Shown here: piece after piece, positions 8,334-16,669 of the stretch
How the letters are laid out: every line of letters starts with the position of its first letter
How positions within the stretch are numbered: position 1 is the first letter of the stretch
Virus record (IMG/VR): IMGVR_UViG_3300026549_001031
DNA from: a virus
Taxonomy: Duplodnaviria; Heunggongvirae; Uroviricota; Caudoviricetes
Reading direction: 5' to 3' (one strand)
DNA: 64,000 nucleotides
The notes under the pieces: model-generated
Databases searched by the model: none
The model's input: the letters and a program-made list of their open reading frames with translations, nothing else
Told to the model about the DNA's origin: nothing
Program-made: the position numbers and the translations under genes

Positions 8334-9551
8334 ATGAAATTAGCACAAATCATTAACAGTTTGTTAGAGACAGACATGTACAAATTCAGCATGGGGCAGG
8401 CAATTTATCATCAGTTTTCAGGATACAAGACAACCTGGACATTTAAGTGTCGTAACAAGGATGTGAAATTTACACCTGAAATGGTGCAGGAGATCAGAGA
8501 GCAGATCAAGGCATATTGTGGCTTAAGATTTACAGAGCCTGAACTTGAGTATCTGCATGGTATCAAGTGGCTTAAGGGATCGTATGTGGACTTCTTAAGA
8601 TTGTGGCAGCCTCGATTTGAGGACTTTACAATCACAGAGGATGGTCCTTGTGGTTTATCAATCGAAACATTTGGTACATGGTTGAATACCTCTATGTATG
8701 AGATTCCTACACTTGCAGTTGTAAATGAGGTATACTTCAGAATGTCAAAAGACTATGACAAGTTGATCAAGAGCTTTAAGGAAAAAATGGATGCCAAGTA
8801 TGAAATGCTGAAGAGCGGTCACTGGTACATTGGTACATTCAGTGAGTTTGGTCTGCGTCGTAGACTTTCAGCAGAGGCACAGGAGTATGCAATTGATAAG
8901 CTTTCTCATCTGAATGATACATTACATTGTTCATCAAAGTTCATTGGCACTTCAAATGTGTACCTTGCAAAGAAGTTTGGTTTAACACCTGTAGGAACGA
9001 TGGCACATGAGTGGATTATGTGTACTGGACAGGGAAATCATAAGCATAATCCTGCATATTCTAACTGGTATGCACTGGACGCTTGGGTTAAGGAGTATGG
9101 AGTATTAAATGGTATTGCATTAACAGATACAATCACCACTGATTGTTTCTTAAGAGACTTTCAGTTAACCTATGCAACACTGTTTAACGGAGTAAGACAT
9201 GACAGTGGAGACCCTGTAGAATGGGGAGAGAAAATGATTGAGCACTACAAGGCTCTTGGAATTGATCCTAAGACAAAGACACTTCTGTTCAGTGACAGCC
9301 TGAACTTTGAGAAGGCAGATAAACTTTACAGACGCTTCTGCAATGATACAAATGTAGCATTTGGAATTGGAACTTACATTTCAAATGACACCTGTGAAGA
9401 GCCTCTGAACATTGTGATGAAAGTTACACGTTGTAATGGAATGGACGTTGCAAAGATCTCTGATACAGTAGGTAAAGGCATGTGCAAGAATCAGGAATAC
9501 GTTGACTATCTGCAGAGATGCATCGACTGGAGAATGGACAACGATAAATAG
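8334..9551 (+). CDS. pncB: nicotinate phosphoribosyltransferase
   Basis: LETDMYKFSM, EFGLRRR, GTMAHE, RHDSGDP, FSDSL, FGIGT, AKISD. Confidence 0.95.
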   Translation: MKLAQIINSLLETDMYKFSMGQAIYHQFSGYKTTWTFKCRNKDVKFTPEMVQEIREQIKAYCGLRFTEPELEYLHGIKWLKGSYVDFLRLWQPRFEDFTITEDGPCGLSIETFGTWLNTSMYEIPTLAVVNEVYFRMSKDYDKLIKSFKEKMDAKYEMLKSGHWYIGTFSEFGLRRRLSAEAQEYAIDKLSHLNDTLHCSSKFIGTSNVYLAKKFGLTPVGTMAHEWIMCTGQGNHKHNPAYSNWYALDAWVKEYGVLNGIALTDTITTDCFLRDFQLTYATLFNGVRHDSGDPVEWGEKMIEHYKALGIDPKTKTLLFSDSLNFEKADKLYRRFCNDTNVAFGIGTYISNDTCEEPLNIVMKVTRCNGMDVAKISDTVGKGMCKNQEYVDYLQRCIDWRMDNDK

Positions 9552-9627
9552 AAAACAACAAAAGCAGTTGGAAGTAGAGCATACACCAGTTTCTAATAGG
9601 GCTGGTGTATGTTTAGTTGGGGGGACA

Positions 9628-10221
9628 ATGGAGATGGAGAACAAACTTACTAAACTTGAAAAAGTGCAAGGTGGAAAATTTCTTAACTTGTACAATTTAG
9701 AGTATACACGTGAAGATGGCAGTAAGAAAATCTATGAGACAGTAAGTAGAAAATCAGATCTTACACTTGATGATATGCAAGACAGTTCAATAGTTGCACA
9801 GGCAGTAGGAATGATAATGTTTAATCATGACATGAGTAAGATTATGCTTCAGCAGGAGTTCAGGATGGCAATGAACAAATGGGTGTATAACTTCCCAGGT
9901 GGTTTAATTGACAGCGGAGAAGATGCAGAGCAAGCAGCAACAAGAGAACTCTGGGAGGAGACAGGGTTGCATTTGGACAAGGTGATTGCACATTTACCTG
10001 TGACTTATACATCAGTTGGAATTAGTAATGAGACATCTGAGACAATTGTAGGTACAGCAAGTGGAGAGTTCAAGGCAAGTACATCAGTGGATGAGCAGAT
10101 CAAACCTGGTTGGTACAGTAAGGAAGATGTTAAGGCACTTCTTGAGAAGAAAGTACCAATGAGTATGAGAACAATGTCAGTGCTTTGGATGTGGGTCAGC
10201 ATGGACACATTGAAAGCATAA
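9628..10221 (+). CDS. Nudix hydrolase (ADP-ribose pyrophosphatase-like)
   Basis: QEFR, FPGGLIDSGEDAEQAATRELWEETGL. Confidence 0.85.
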   Translation: MEMENKLTKLEKVQGGKFLNLYNLEYTREDGSKKIYETVSRKSDLTLDDMQDSSIVAQAVGMIMFNHDMSKIMLQQEFRMAMNKWVYNFPGGLIDSGEDAEQAATRELWEETGLHLDKVIAHLPVTYTSVGISNETSETIVGTASGEFKASTSVDEQIKPGWYSKEDVKALLEKKVPMSMRTMSVLWMWVSMDTLKA

Positions 10222-10257
10222 CATAAAAAGAAAATAGGTTGAGTGGAGGTGGACATT

Positions 10258-10473
10258 ATGGGAATAAAGATGTTCATGGTAAAAGTTGTAACAGACAATG
10301 GGTATAACTGGGTGGCACATAAAGTCATTGTACGGGCAGACAATGAGGAACAGGCAGTAGCAAAGGCACATAAGAGTTTTGAGGGAAAACTTAAATTTGA
10401 TTGCTATGTACTTAAGGATAAAACAGAGTGCATAGAGATTGAATTTGATGAGCATGATTGTTACTATGTTTAA
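10258..10473 (+). CDS. hypothetical protein
   Basis: GGAGG RBS; terminator follows. Confidence 0.6.
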   Translation: MGIKMFMVKVVTDNGYNWVAHKVIVRADNEEQAVAKAHKSFEGKLKFDCYVLKDKTECIEIEFDEHDCYYV

Positions 10474-10563
10474 TATGATAGGGCATATATCATTTGATGT
10501 ATGTCCTATTTTTATGCTTTAATATAAAAAAGAAATAAATTTATTTTTATTTTGGAGGAAAGA

Positions 10564-11418
10564 ATGGAAACGTACACACGCTTTGATTTTGAGCGAGAAG
10601 TCTTTGGTATGGATGTTGTAGACTTACTAGAGATATTAGATTATAAAAAGAACATCATATTGCAAGGGGCACCTGGTGTAGGTAAGACATATACTGCAAA
10701 AAGATTAGCCTATGCAAAGCTTGGATACATTGATAAGGATAGAGTGGTGCAGGTACAATTTCATCAGAACTATACATACGATGACTTTGTCATTGGTTTA
10801 AGACCTACAGAGGATGGTGGTTTTAGGTTTGAGCATGGACCTTTTTACAATATCTGTAAAAAAGCAGAGTCAGACTTTGAACATAAACCTTACTTCATAG
10901 TAATTGATGAGATCAACAGAGCAAATATGAGTAAGGTACTTGGTGAGGGCTTTTCACTTATTGAGAAAGATCATAGAAATGAACCTATTCTACTTAAGTA
11001 TGGTAATGAGGAGTTCAGTGTTCCTGATAACTTATACATTATTGGGACAATGAATACAGCTGATAGAGGCTTGGTAATGCTTGATTATGCATTAAGACGA
11101 AGATTTGCATTCATTACAGTTGATCCTCAATACAAGTCAGAGGGATTTAGACAGATAATGTATCAGTCAAACAACATTAAGTTTAATAGGATAGCAAAGA
11201 AAATAATTGAGTTAAATAAAGAGATCAGTAATGATGATATGCTAGGACCTGGTTTTCAGATTGGTCACTCATATTTTTGTTTGGGTAGACCTGTAACAGA
11301 TGATGATTTGAATTGTATAATTACATTCGAGATAATGCCTCTACTTAATGAATATTGGTATGACTCACCAGATAAAGTGAGTAAGTGGGAAGATACCTTC
11401 AGGGCAATACTTGGATAG
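10564..11418 (+). CDS. mcrB: McrB-family AAA+ GTPase lacking an N-terminal DNA-binding domain
   Basis: GAPGVGKT, VQFHQNYTY, IDEINRAN, GTMNTADR, LRRRF, IGHSYF. Confidence 0.88.
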   Translation: METYTRFDFEREVFGMDVVDLLEILDYKKNIILQGAPGVGKTYTAKRLAYAKLGYIDKDRVVQVQFHQNYTYDDFVIGLRPTEDGGFRFEHGPFYNICKKAESDFEHKPYFIVIDEINRANMSKVLGEGFSLIEKDHRNEPILLKYGNEEFSVPDNLYIIGTMNTADRGLVMLDYALRRRFAFITVDPQYKSEGFRQIMYQSNNIKFNRIAKKIIELNKEISNDDMLGPGFQIGHSYFCLGRPVTDDDLNCIITFEIMPLLNEYWYDSPDKVSKWEDTFRAILG

Positions 11419-11435
11419 CATTGGGAGAGTTAAAA

Positions 11436-11840
11436 ATGACATATGAAATTAAGAAAGAAAAGAAATTGAAAATGAGTGGAATACATAGTGAGAATAAGAT
11501 ATGCATGTACTTATTGAGTTTATTTGCAATTGGAGTTATGCTTAGCCTGCTTGGAATAAACATTGACAAACAGTTAAAGACATTCAATGGAGTTGGAATA
11601 CTTGTAAGTGCAAGTTTAATAGTTATAGTAAATACAGTACACAAAGAGAGAAAAGCATTGGGATATAAAGAAAAATGCATTGAATATGGTGATACTGATG
11701 TATTAAATGCAATGTTACTTTTTGTGGGACTTATGTCAATACATAATAGAGTCACTTGTGAGATTATAGTGATATGTAATTTGGTGTTTGAACAGTTGTT
11801 AAGGAGATTGAACTTTGGCAGTAAGAAAACAGCAGAATAG
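11436..11840 (+). CDS. hypothetical membrane protein
   Basis: Several hydrophobic segments; sits between mcrB and mcrC. Confidence 0.6.
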   Translation: MTYEIKKEKKLKMSGIHSENKICMYLLSLFAIGVMLSLLGINIDKQLKTFNGVGILVSASLIVIVNTVHKERKALGYKEKCIEYGDTDVLNAMLLFVGLMSIHNRVTCEIIVICNLVFEQLLRRLNFGSKKTAE

Positions 11841-12912
11841 AGAAATTGAAAATGCATTTAATATGTTATGTTACTTATATGATGAGATAAAAGGTAGAAA
11901 ATTTAAGACATTTACGTTAGATGGAATAAACAATTTAGATAGTTTATATGCAGCGATTGTTTCAAGATGGTGTGCAGCATTAGCAAAGCAAGGGCTTTAT
12001 AAGGAATATGTAGTACAGGAAAATGAAGAATTAACATCACCGAAAGGTCAGATAAACATTCAGGAATCAATTACAAGACAGACAAGATCAAGAGGAACAT
12101 TGATTTGTAGTTATGATGAGTTAAGTGAAGATATTTATATAAATCATATATTAAAAGGCACGTTACAGTATTTATTATTTAACAGCAATGTAGATGAAAA
12201 AGTGAAAGTTGAAGTTAAAAAAGCATTACAGATGTTTAATGGTGTAGGATACGTTGATATTAACTTAATACATTGGAAAACAATTAAGTATAACAATAAT
12301 AATATGACTTACAAGCATTTGATTGAATTATGTAAAACAATGTTGGATGAACAGAAAGCATGTAAGAATGGAATATTAACAGATGATCAGAGAATGTACA
12401 TATTGTTTAAGAAACAGATTAGAAAATGGTTCAGAGAGACATATAGTGATGAAGATAATACAGTAGAAATAGTTGATGCACCTTATGAGAGAATGGAGGA
12501 TGAGCCTGAATTTGAATTAAAAACGAGCAAGTCACAGAGAATGATAGCAATAAGAAATGATAGATGTGCATTGTTAATATGTGTTAGGTTGCAAGATGAA
12601 AAATTACAGCAAGACAGTACATTAGGACGTAGACATGCAGAGGAATTAGTAAGACATTGTAGAGATTATAAAGATACATACAGAGTTAAGGTATTTGGCT
12701 GTATAGTTTATGTGAATATAGACAAGAGGAAATTGAATTTGCAGCCTATTACAGTGAATGCATTTAATGATTACATGATTGGTGAGACAACAGTTGATAT
12801 TTATGATCAGTGGAGGTTTGTAGAGAACAAGTTAAAAGATTGTTATAAATATTTCATTGAGCGTGAGAACAATAGAGCACACAAGGTAAATAATAAGAAA
12901 ATCAGGAAATAA
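11815..12912 (+). CDS. mcrC: McrC-like protein with degenerate nuclease motif
   Basis: NAFNMLCY, KGQINIQESI, CSYDELSEDIYINHILKGTL; no clear D...DAK in the C-terminal half. Confidence 0.7.
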   Translation: MAVRKQQNREIENAFNMLCYLYDEIKGRKFKTFTLDGINNLDSLYAAIVSRWCAALAKQGLYKEYVVQENEELTSPKGQINIQESITRQTRSRGTLICSYDELSEDIYINHILKGTLQYLLFNSNVDEKVKVEVKKALQMFNGVGYVDINLIHWKTIKYNNNNMTYKHLIELCKTMLDEQKACKNGILTDDQRMYILFKKQIRKWFRETYSDEDNTVEIVDAPYERMEDEPEFELKTSKSQRMIAIRNDRCALLICVRLQDEKLQQDSTLGRRHAEELVRHCRDYKDTYRVKVFGCIVYVNIDKRKLNLQPITVNAFNDYMIGETTVDIYDQWRFVENKLKDCYKYFIERENNRAHKVNNKKIRK

Positions 12913-13017
12913 AATGACAGATGCATACAAAAGATAAAGAAGTAATAAGAAAAGTTTTGATATAAGGACATGGTTTAATTGATATGTCCTTATATTTTTA
13001 CAGAGTTTAGCATAGGT

Positions 13018-13046
13018 TTGATATTTTCAATAAAATGTGATATAAT
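13018..13046 (+). promoter_or_regulatory. conserved promoter class
   Basis: TTGATATTTTCAATAAAATGTGATATAAT. Confidence 0.75.
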
Positions 13047-13067
13047 AAGTATAAAGGAGGACTTTAT

Positions 13068-14273
13068 ATGGAAAAGCAAGAAAGATGTAGATTGACATTG
13101 CAAGAAAAGCAACGGGCAATGGAAAAAACAGGTGGGCGTTGTGCTCATTGTGGTAAGAAAATCAGTATTCAGGAAATGACAGTGGAACACATTCATCCGA
13201 TCAGTAAGGGAGGGGATAACTCAGAATATAATATAACGGTGCTTTGTGAAGATTGCAATACTCGTAAGAGTAATTTTATGTACAGACCTTCAGATTATTA
13301 CAAGTACATAAAGCAGGAGTATATGCCTTTGTATTTGATAAGTTCACTTAAGTTTAGGAATGAGTACATTAAAGATGGAAGAAATGATCTTGATTTCTTG
13401 GTGTATGATGCAGTGTCTTATTCATACTTACCCTTTGAGAAATTTATGATGGTACGTAATACAGCAAAGCGTGACAAGAGGAAGGGAGCAGACCTAATTG
13501 AAAAAGTGAGTGTCAAGGTAAAATTGGAGTATGCATATCCTGGTGATGCAGAGAGAATTTTAGAGTACATTAACAAAATGTATGAGAAGCATGGTGTAGA
13601 CAGATTGATTTATGATAACGAGTATACAATACTCAATGCAATTAAGACAGGTAAGGTGTTAATGTTGACACGTGCTAATGAGACATTATGTGGTTTATTC
13701 ATACTTGACAATTTTGAGGGCGTACAGGTCGAGAATTGCCAGTTTAACAATATTATTGAGTCAACGACATTAAGACAAGAGTACATTATGACTTATTGTT
13801 TCTCATCTGTTGAGGATACTAGACTGTTTAATGATGTGATGGTAGACATTATAAACTTTTTGGTAAACACTAAGATTTTTCCTGTGATGTTTGGATATTT
13901 GTCAGAGTGTTATGCAGGAGAGTCACAATACATAGACATACCTTACAACTACAAGGGTTGTGATGGACAATTACAGTTCTTTACAATTAAGGGCATCAGG
14001 TCAGTATTGAGAGAGACAGTTGACAACTTAGTTAAGGTAGGGTTTATGACAGACGAAGATGCAAGTAACATTATTGAAAAACAGATATACTCAGAGATTG
14101 GAGAAAGTACACAGGAATATATTAGGTTACTCACTGAAAAATGTAAATTAAACACTAAAGAGATGGAGGCAATTGGAGTAGACGAGAATGGTGCAACTAT
14201 AGAGAAAGCAGATACTGAGAAGAAGGACATGGATACGGAAAAGACAGGCATAAGAAAGGCAGTAGAGGCATGA
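13068..14273 (+). CDS. HNH endonuclease domain protein
   Basis: CAHCG...TVEHIHPISKGGDNSEYNITVLCEDCNTRK. Confidence 0.85.
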   Translation: MEKQERCRLTLQEKQRAMEKTGGRCAHCGKKISIQEMTVEHIHPISKGGDNSEYNITVLCEDCNTRKSNFMYRPSDYYKYIKQEYMPLYLISSLKFRNEYIKDGRNDLDFLVYDAVSYSYLPFEKFMMVRNTAKRDKRKGADLIEKVSVKVKLEYAYPGDAERILEYINKMYEKHGVDRLIYDNEYTILNAIKTGKVLMLTRANETLCGLFILDNFEGVQVENCQFNNIIESTTLRQEYIMTYCFSSVEDTRLFNDVMVDIINFLVNTKIFPVMFGYLSECYAGESQYIDIPYNYKGCDGQLQFFTIKGIRSVLRETVDNLVKVGFMTDEDASNIIEKQIYSEIGESTQEYIRLLTEKCKLNTKEMEAIGVDENGATIEKADTEKKDMDTEKTGIRKAVEA

Positions 14274-14683
14274 GTATAAAATTCGAGCAACAGATAGAGG
14301 ATGATTTCAGACATATGTGTGACAGCATAGCATATTATCAGGGCGACGTAGAAGAGGTTACAATAGACCATGAGTGGACTAGGCACGACCTTGAGGAAGA
14401 TGTGTTAGAGATGGTGCACAAGGCGTTAAGCGGTGATAAGAAAACGGGTATACCTAGCTGGATAGAACAGAATCAGTATAGGGTAGTGAAAGATCCTGAT
14501 TTATTAAAGGATGAGTACTTGGCAAATTATATCATTGAGCAGTGGGATATGATTGAGGCATATAATAGAATATATGATAAGCACAGAAATGATAAGCCTA
14601 TGAAGTTTGGTATATGTTACTTTGATGATGAAATCGTTGATACAGCACAGAATATACTTAAGAAAAACTTGGTGAGCAATTGA
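14270..14683 (+). CDS. hypothetical protein
   Basis: ATGA overlap with upstream stop. Confidence 0.65.
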   Translation: MSIKFEQQIEDDFRHMCDSIAYYQGDVEEVTIDHEWTRHDLEEDVLEMVHKALSGDKKTGIPSWIEQNQYRVVKDPDLLKDEYLANYIIEQWDMIEAYNRIYDKHRNDKPMKFGICYFDDEIVDTAQNILKKNLVSN

Positions 14684-14768
14684 GATTTTAGTGATAGACT
14701 TGTTTAGATGCATAGAAGTAATAAAAAGGTAGTTTTTATTTATTAAAAATAAGAAAGAGGTTTAAGAT

Positions 14769-14884
14769 ATGTTAGGCATGATGATAAATTCAACATCAAA
14801 TGGAAATACAAGTTCGACTATAAAAAGTAATAGTACGGGCTTTATTTTGATGTTGAATACTTTATCGTTGTGATAGCTTAACAT
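14769..14884 (+). ncRNA. candidate long-hairpin non-coding RNA
   Basis: Nested stems ATGTTAGGC/GCTTAACAT, ATGATGATAAA/TTTATCGTTGT, TTCAACATCAAA/TTTGATGTTGAA, AAGTTCG/CGGGCTT, ACTAT/ATAGT; terminator follows. Confidence 0.55.
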
Positions 14885-14896
14885 TAGTGGTGTAAC

Positions 14897-14932
14897 AAAT
14901 GCCAGTGAGGTTAATCTTCACTGGCATTTTTT
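14897..14932 (+). terminator. intrinsic terminator
   Basis: AAATGCCAGTGAGG-loop-CTTCACTGGCATTTTTT. Confidence 0.8.
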
Positions 14933-15104
14933 ATTGTACTAATACATTTTAGATAAAAGAATAAGGCGGTGGTTTTATTTGATAGACAGTTCAGATACTG
15001 ATGGAACAGGTAAAAATCGTGCAACATTAAGGCTATTTAGATAGCCTGTTAAAGTGCGTCTAATTTCATTTCAATAAAAATTGAAAAATTTTTAGAGAAA
15101 ATGG

Positions 15105-15133
15105 TTGACAGAGTGGAATTTATATGGTAAGAT
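15105..15133 (+). promoter_or_regulatory. sigma-A promoter of tRNA cluster 2
   Basis: TTGACA-17-TAAGAT. Confidence 0.7.
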
Positions 15134-15177
15134 AGATATATGTTAAGGGAAAGGAAAACATATTAAGAAAGAAATAT

Positions 15178-15257
15178 CCCCGTCAAGTTTTCAATGGGAA
15201 AACACTGTTAGTAAGCGCGCTACAGAGATGTTAGGTTCGATCCCTAAGGCGTGGGGC
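15178..15257 (+). ncRNA. tRNA-like RNA with extended, bulged anticodon arm
   Basis: D arm GTTTT/AAAAC, T arm TTAGG-TTCGATC-CCTAA, acceptor CCCCGTC/GGCGTGGGG; anticodon arm CTGT(T)AGT-AAGCGC-GCT-ACAG has no 7-nt loop. Confidence 0.6.
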
Positions 15258-15295
15258 TAGTCAGTTTAGTTAATAGACTGGCATTAAAAGAATAA

Positions 15296-15368
15296 TCCTT
15301 CATAGCTCAGTAGGTAGAGCGCCTGACTGTTAATCAGGTTGTCGCAGGTTCGAGCCCTGCTGGAGGAG
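15296..15368 (+). tRNA. tRNA-Asn(GTT)
   Basis: CCTGA-CTGTTAA-TCAGG, canonical cloverleaf. Confidence 0.92.
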
Positions 15369-15568
15369 CTTTTAAACATTGATATTAAATCAATGGTGCA
15401 TGAGGTAGTTTCTGACTTGGCAAGAGAAAAGTGGAATGAATTAAGAGGTGACCAGCTTGTGAAAAATGTTAAGACATCACAAGTAGCAGATAGAATCGTT
15501 AGTGAGTTATCAGACAGAATAGTTCATGATTTGACGATTAAGGTTTATAGTAGTAATTAAGAAGATAT

Positions 15569-15641
15569 GGGTCATTAGCTCAGTTGGGAGAGCACGTGAC
15601 TTTTAATCACGGGGTCATGGGTTCAAATCCCATATGGCTCA
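15569..15641 (+). tRNA. tRNA-Lys(TTT)
   Basis: CGTGA-CTTTTAA-TCACG, canonical cloverleaf. Confidence 0.92.
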
Positions 15642-15682
15642 TTGATAGGCTTCACAACCATTAAAATTAAGATAAGGTGTAT

Positions 15683-15816
15683 GACTGCTGAGAGAGCATT
15701 TGTATTTTTAGGTATAGGCAGTCGAGAGGTTCAGTAGAGAAGAGTATCTTGCCTAACAATTGTGTTAGGAGATCGCAAGTAGTAACGCGCCGCCTGGACC
15801 GCAGAGAAAAATACAA
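15683..15816 (+). ncRNA. candidate structured RNA in tRNA spacer
   Basis: Helices GACTGC/GCAGTC, TTGTATTTTT/AAAAATACAA, GGTTCAG/CTGGACC, CCTAACA/TGTTAGG. Confidence 0.45.
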
Positions 15817-15824
15817 TTTAATAT

Positions 15825-15898
15825 GGACCATTAGCTCAGCTGGTTAGAGCAGTCGGCTCATAACCGATCGGTCCGGGGTTCGAGTCCCTGATGGTCCA
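15825..15898 (+). tRNA. tRNA with CAT anticodon (Ile2-type body)
   Basis: GTCGG-CTCATAA-CCGAT; GGACCAT...ATGGTCCA resembles Firmicute tRNA-Ile2. Confidence 0.88.
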
Positions 15899-15903
15899 CT
15901 ACA

Positions 15904-16022
15904 TTCTATGTGAGGTTATTGACGGTGGTCAATGCTAAAGTTCCTTAAAGGTTTCTGCTGTAACAGGTGGAGTAATATTAAACACGTGGTTTCGTGTGTT
16001 CAACCATGCGACTTACATAGAG
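15904..16022 (+). ncRNA. candidate multibranch structured RNA
   Basis: Closing stem TTCTATGTGAG/CTTACATAGAG enclosing three hairpins. Confidence 0.5.
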
Positions 16023-16063
16023 GGTAACAAGGGCATTAATACTAATGCCCTTAACAATGAAAA

Positions 16064-16147
16064 CGCTGCATGTCCGGGTGGTGAGGGAGCGGTCTTGAAA
16101 ACCGTTGGATGTAACAGTCTTGCAGGTTCAAATCCTGTGTGCAGCGC
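16064..16147 (+). tRNA. tRNA-Ser(TGA)
   Basis: GCGGT-CTTGAAA-ACCGT, long variable arm, acceptor CGCTGCA/TGCAGCG. Confidence 0.82.
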
Positions 16148-16177
16148 TAGCATGTTTAATCATGCAAAATAGAATAT

Positions 16178-16265
16178 GTAGTTGTACTCAAGAGGTTTAA
16201 GAGGATCCCCTGCTAAGGGATTAGGTCAGTAAAATGATGCATGGGTTCGAATCCCATCAACTACG
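16178..16265 (+). tRNA. tRNA-Ser(GCT)
   Basis: ATCCC-CTGCTAA-GGGAT, long variable arm, acceptor GTAGTTG/CAACTAC. Confidence 0.88.
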
Positions 16266-16267
16266 CT

Positions 16268-16346
16268 AGGTGCTTTTGGTTCTTACAGCAATTTTTCAGG
16301 CATAGACTTTTAATCTATAAACCATACAGAATCATGTTTAGCACTT
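16268..16346 (+). ncRNA. TACAGCAAT-motif RNA 'A' carrying a tRNA-Lys(UUU) anticodon stem-loop
   Basis: Stem TGGTTCT/AGAATCA, TACAGCAAT 16284-16292, ATAGA-CTTTTAA-TCTAT 16302-16318; no D or T arm. Confidence 0.7.
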
Positions 16347-16351
16347 AAAAT

Positions 16352-16423
16352 GTGGGTATAGTACATCGGCTAGTACGCTAGTCTTCCACACTAGATAAAC
16401 GGGTTCGATTCCCGTTACCCACT
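16352..16423 (+). tRNA. tRNA-Gly(TCC)
   Basis: CTAGT-CTTCCAC-ACTAG; acceptor GTGGGTA/TACCCAC, U73. Confidence 0.88.
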
Positions 16424-16425
16424 TA

Positions 16426-16540
16426 ATAAATAATGGAGTACATGGGGTTGCCTGGCAGGGCTGAACGGTTCAACTCCGTCTCGAAGTGTGGTACACATAA
16501 GATATAAAAGCAGTTCAAGTCTGCTCGCTTCATTGTTTAT
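16426..16540 (+). ncRNA. tRNA-like RNA with two T-arm-like hairpins
   Basis: ACGG-TTCAACT-CCGT and AGCAG-TTCAAGT-CTGCT inside a closing stem ATAAATAATGGAGT/GCTTCATTGTTTAT. Confidence 0.55.
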
Positions 16541-16546
16541 TTAATA

Positions 16547-16630
16547 TCTCTTCATAGCTCAAGGGTGGAGTACCCGTCAGTTGATTAGATTCAATCGGGT
16601 GGTTGCAGGTTCGAGTCCTGCTGAAGGGAA
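16547..16630 (+). ncRNA. tRNA-Asn-like body with ~10-nt insertion in the anticodon arm
   Basis: Acceptor (T)CTCTTCA/TGAAGGG(A), D arm GCTC/GAGT, T arm GCAGG-TTCGAGT-CCTGC; anticodon arm CCCG-TCA-GTTGA-TTAGAT-TCAAT-CGGG. Confidence 0.65.
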
Positions 16631-16669
16631 TTCAAGCATCATATCAGATGATGTTTGAAAATTAAATAT

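Noticed and set aside
14769-14884. Assignment as SRP or 6S RNA
   Set aside because: No SRP GGAA tetraloop domain; shorter than typical 6S and lacks a large central bubble
14985-15020. GACAGTTCAGAT motif shared with about 61918 and 4030
   Set aside because: Short, few copies, no consistent structure or context
15339-15560. 73-aa ORF in the tRNA cluster
   Set aside because: Its start overlaps tRNA-Asn and the internal ATG has no RBS; at most a gene remnant
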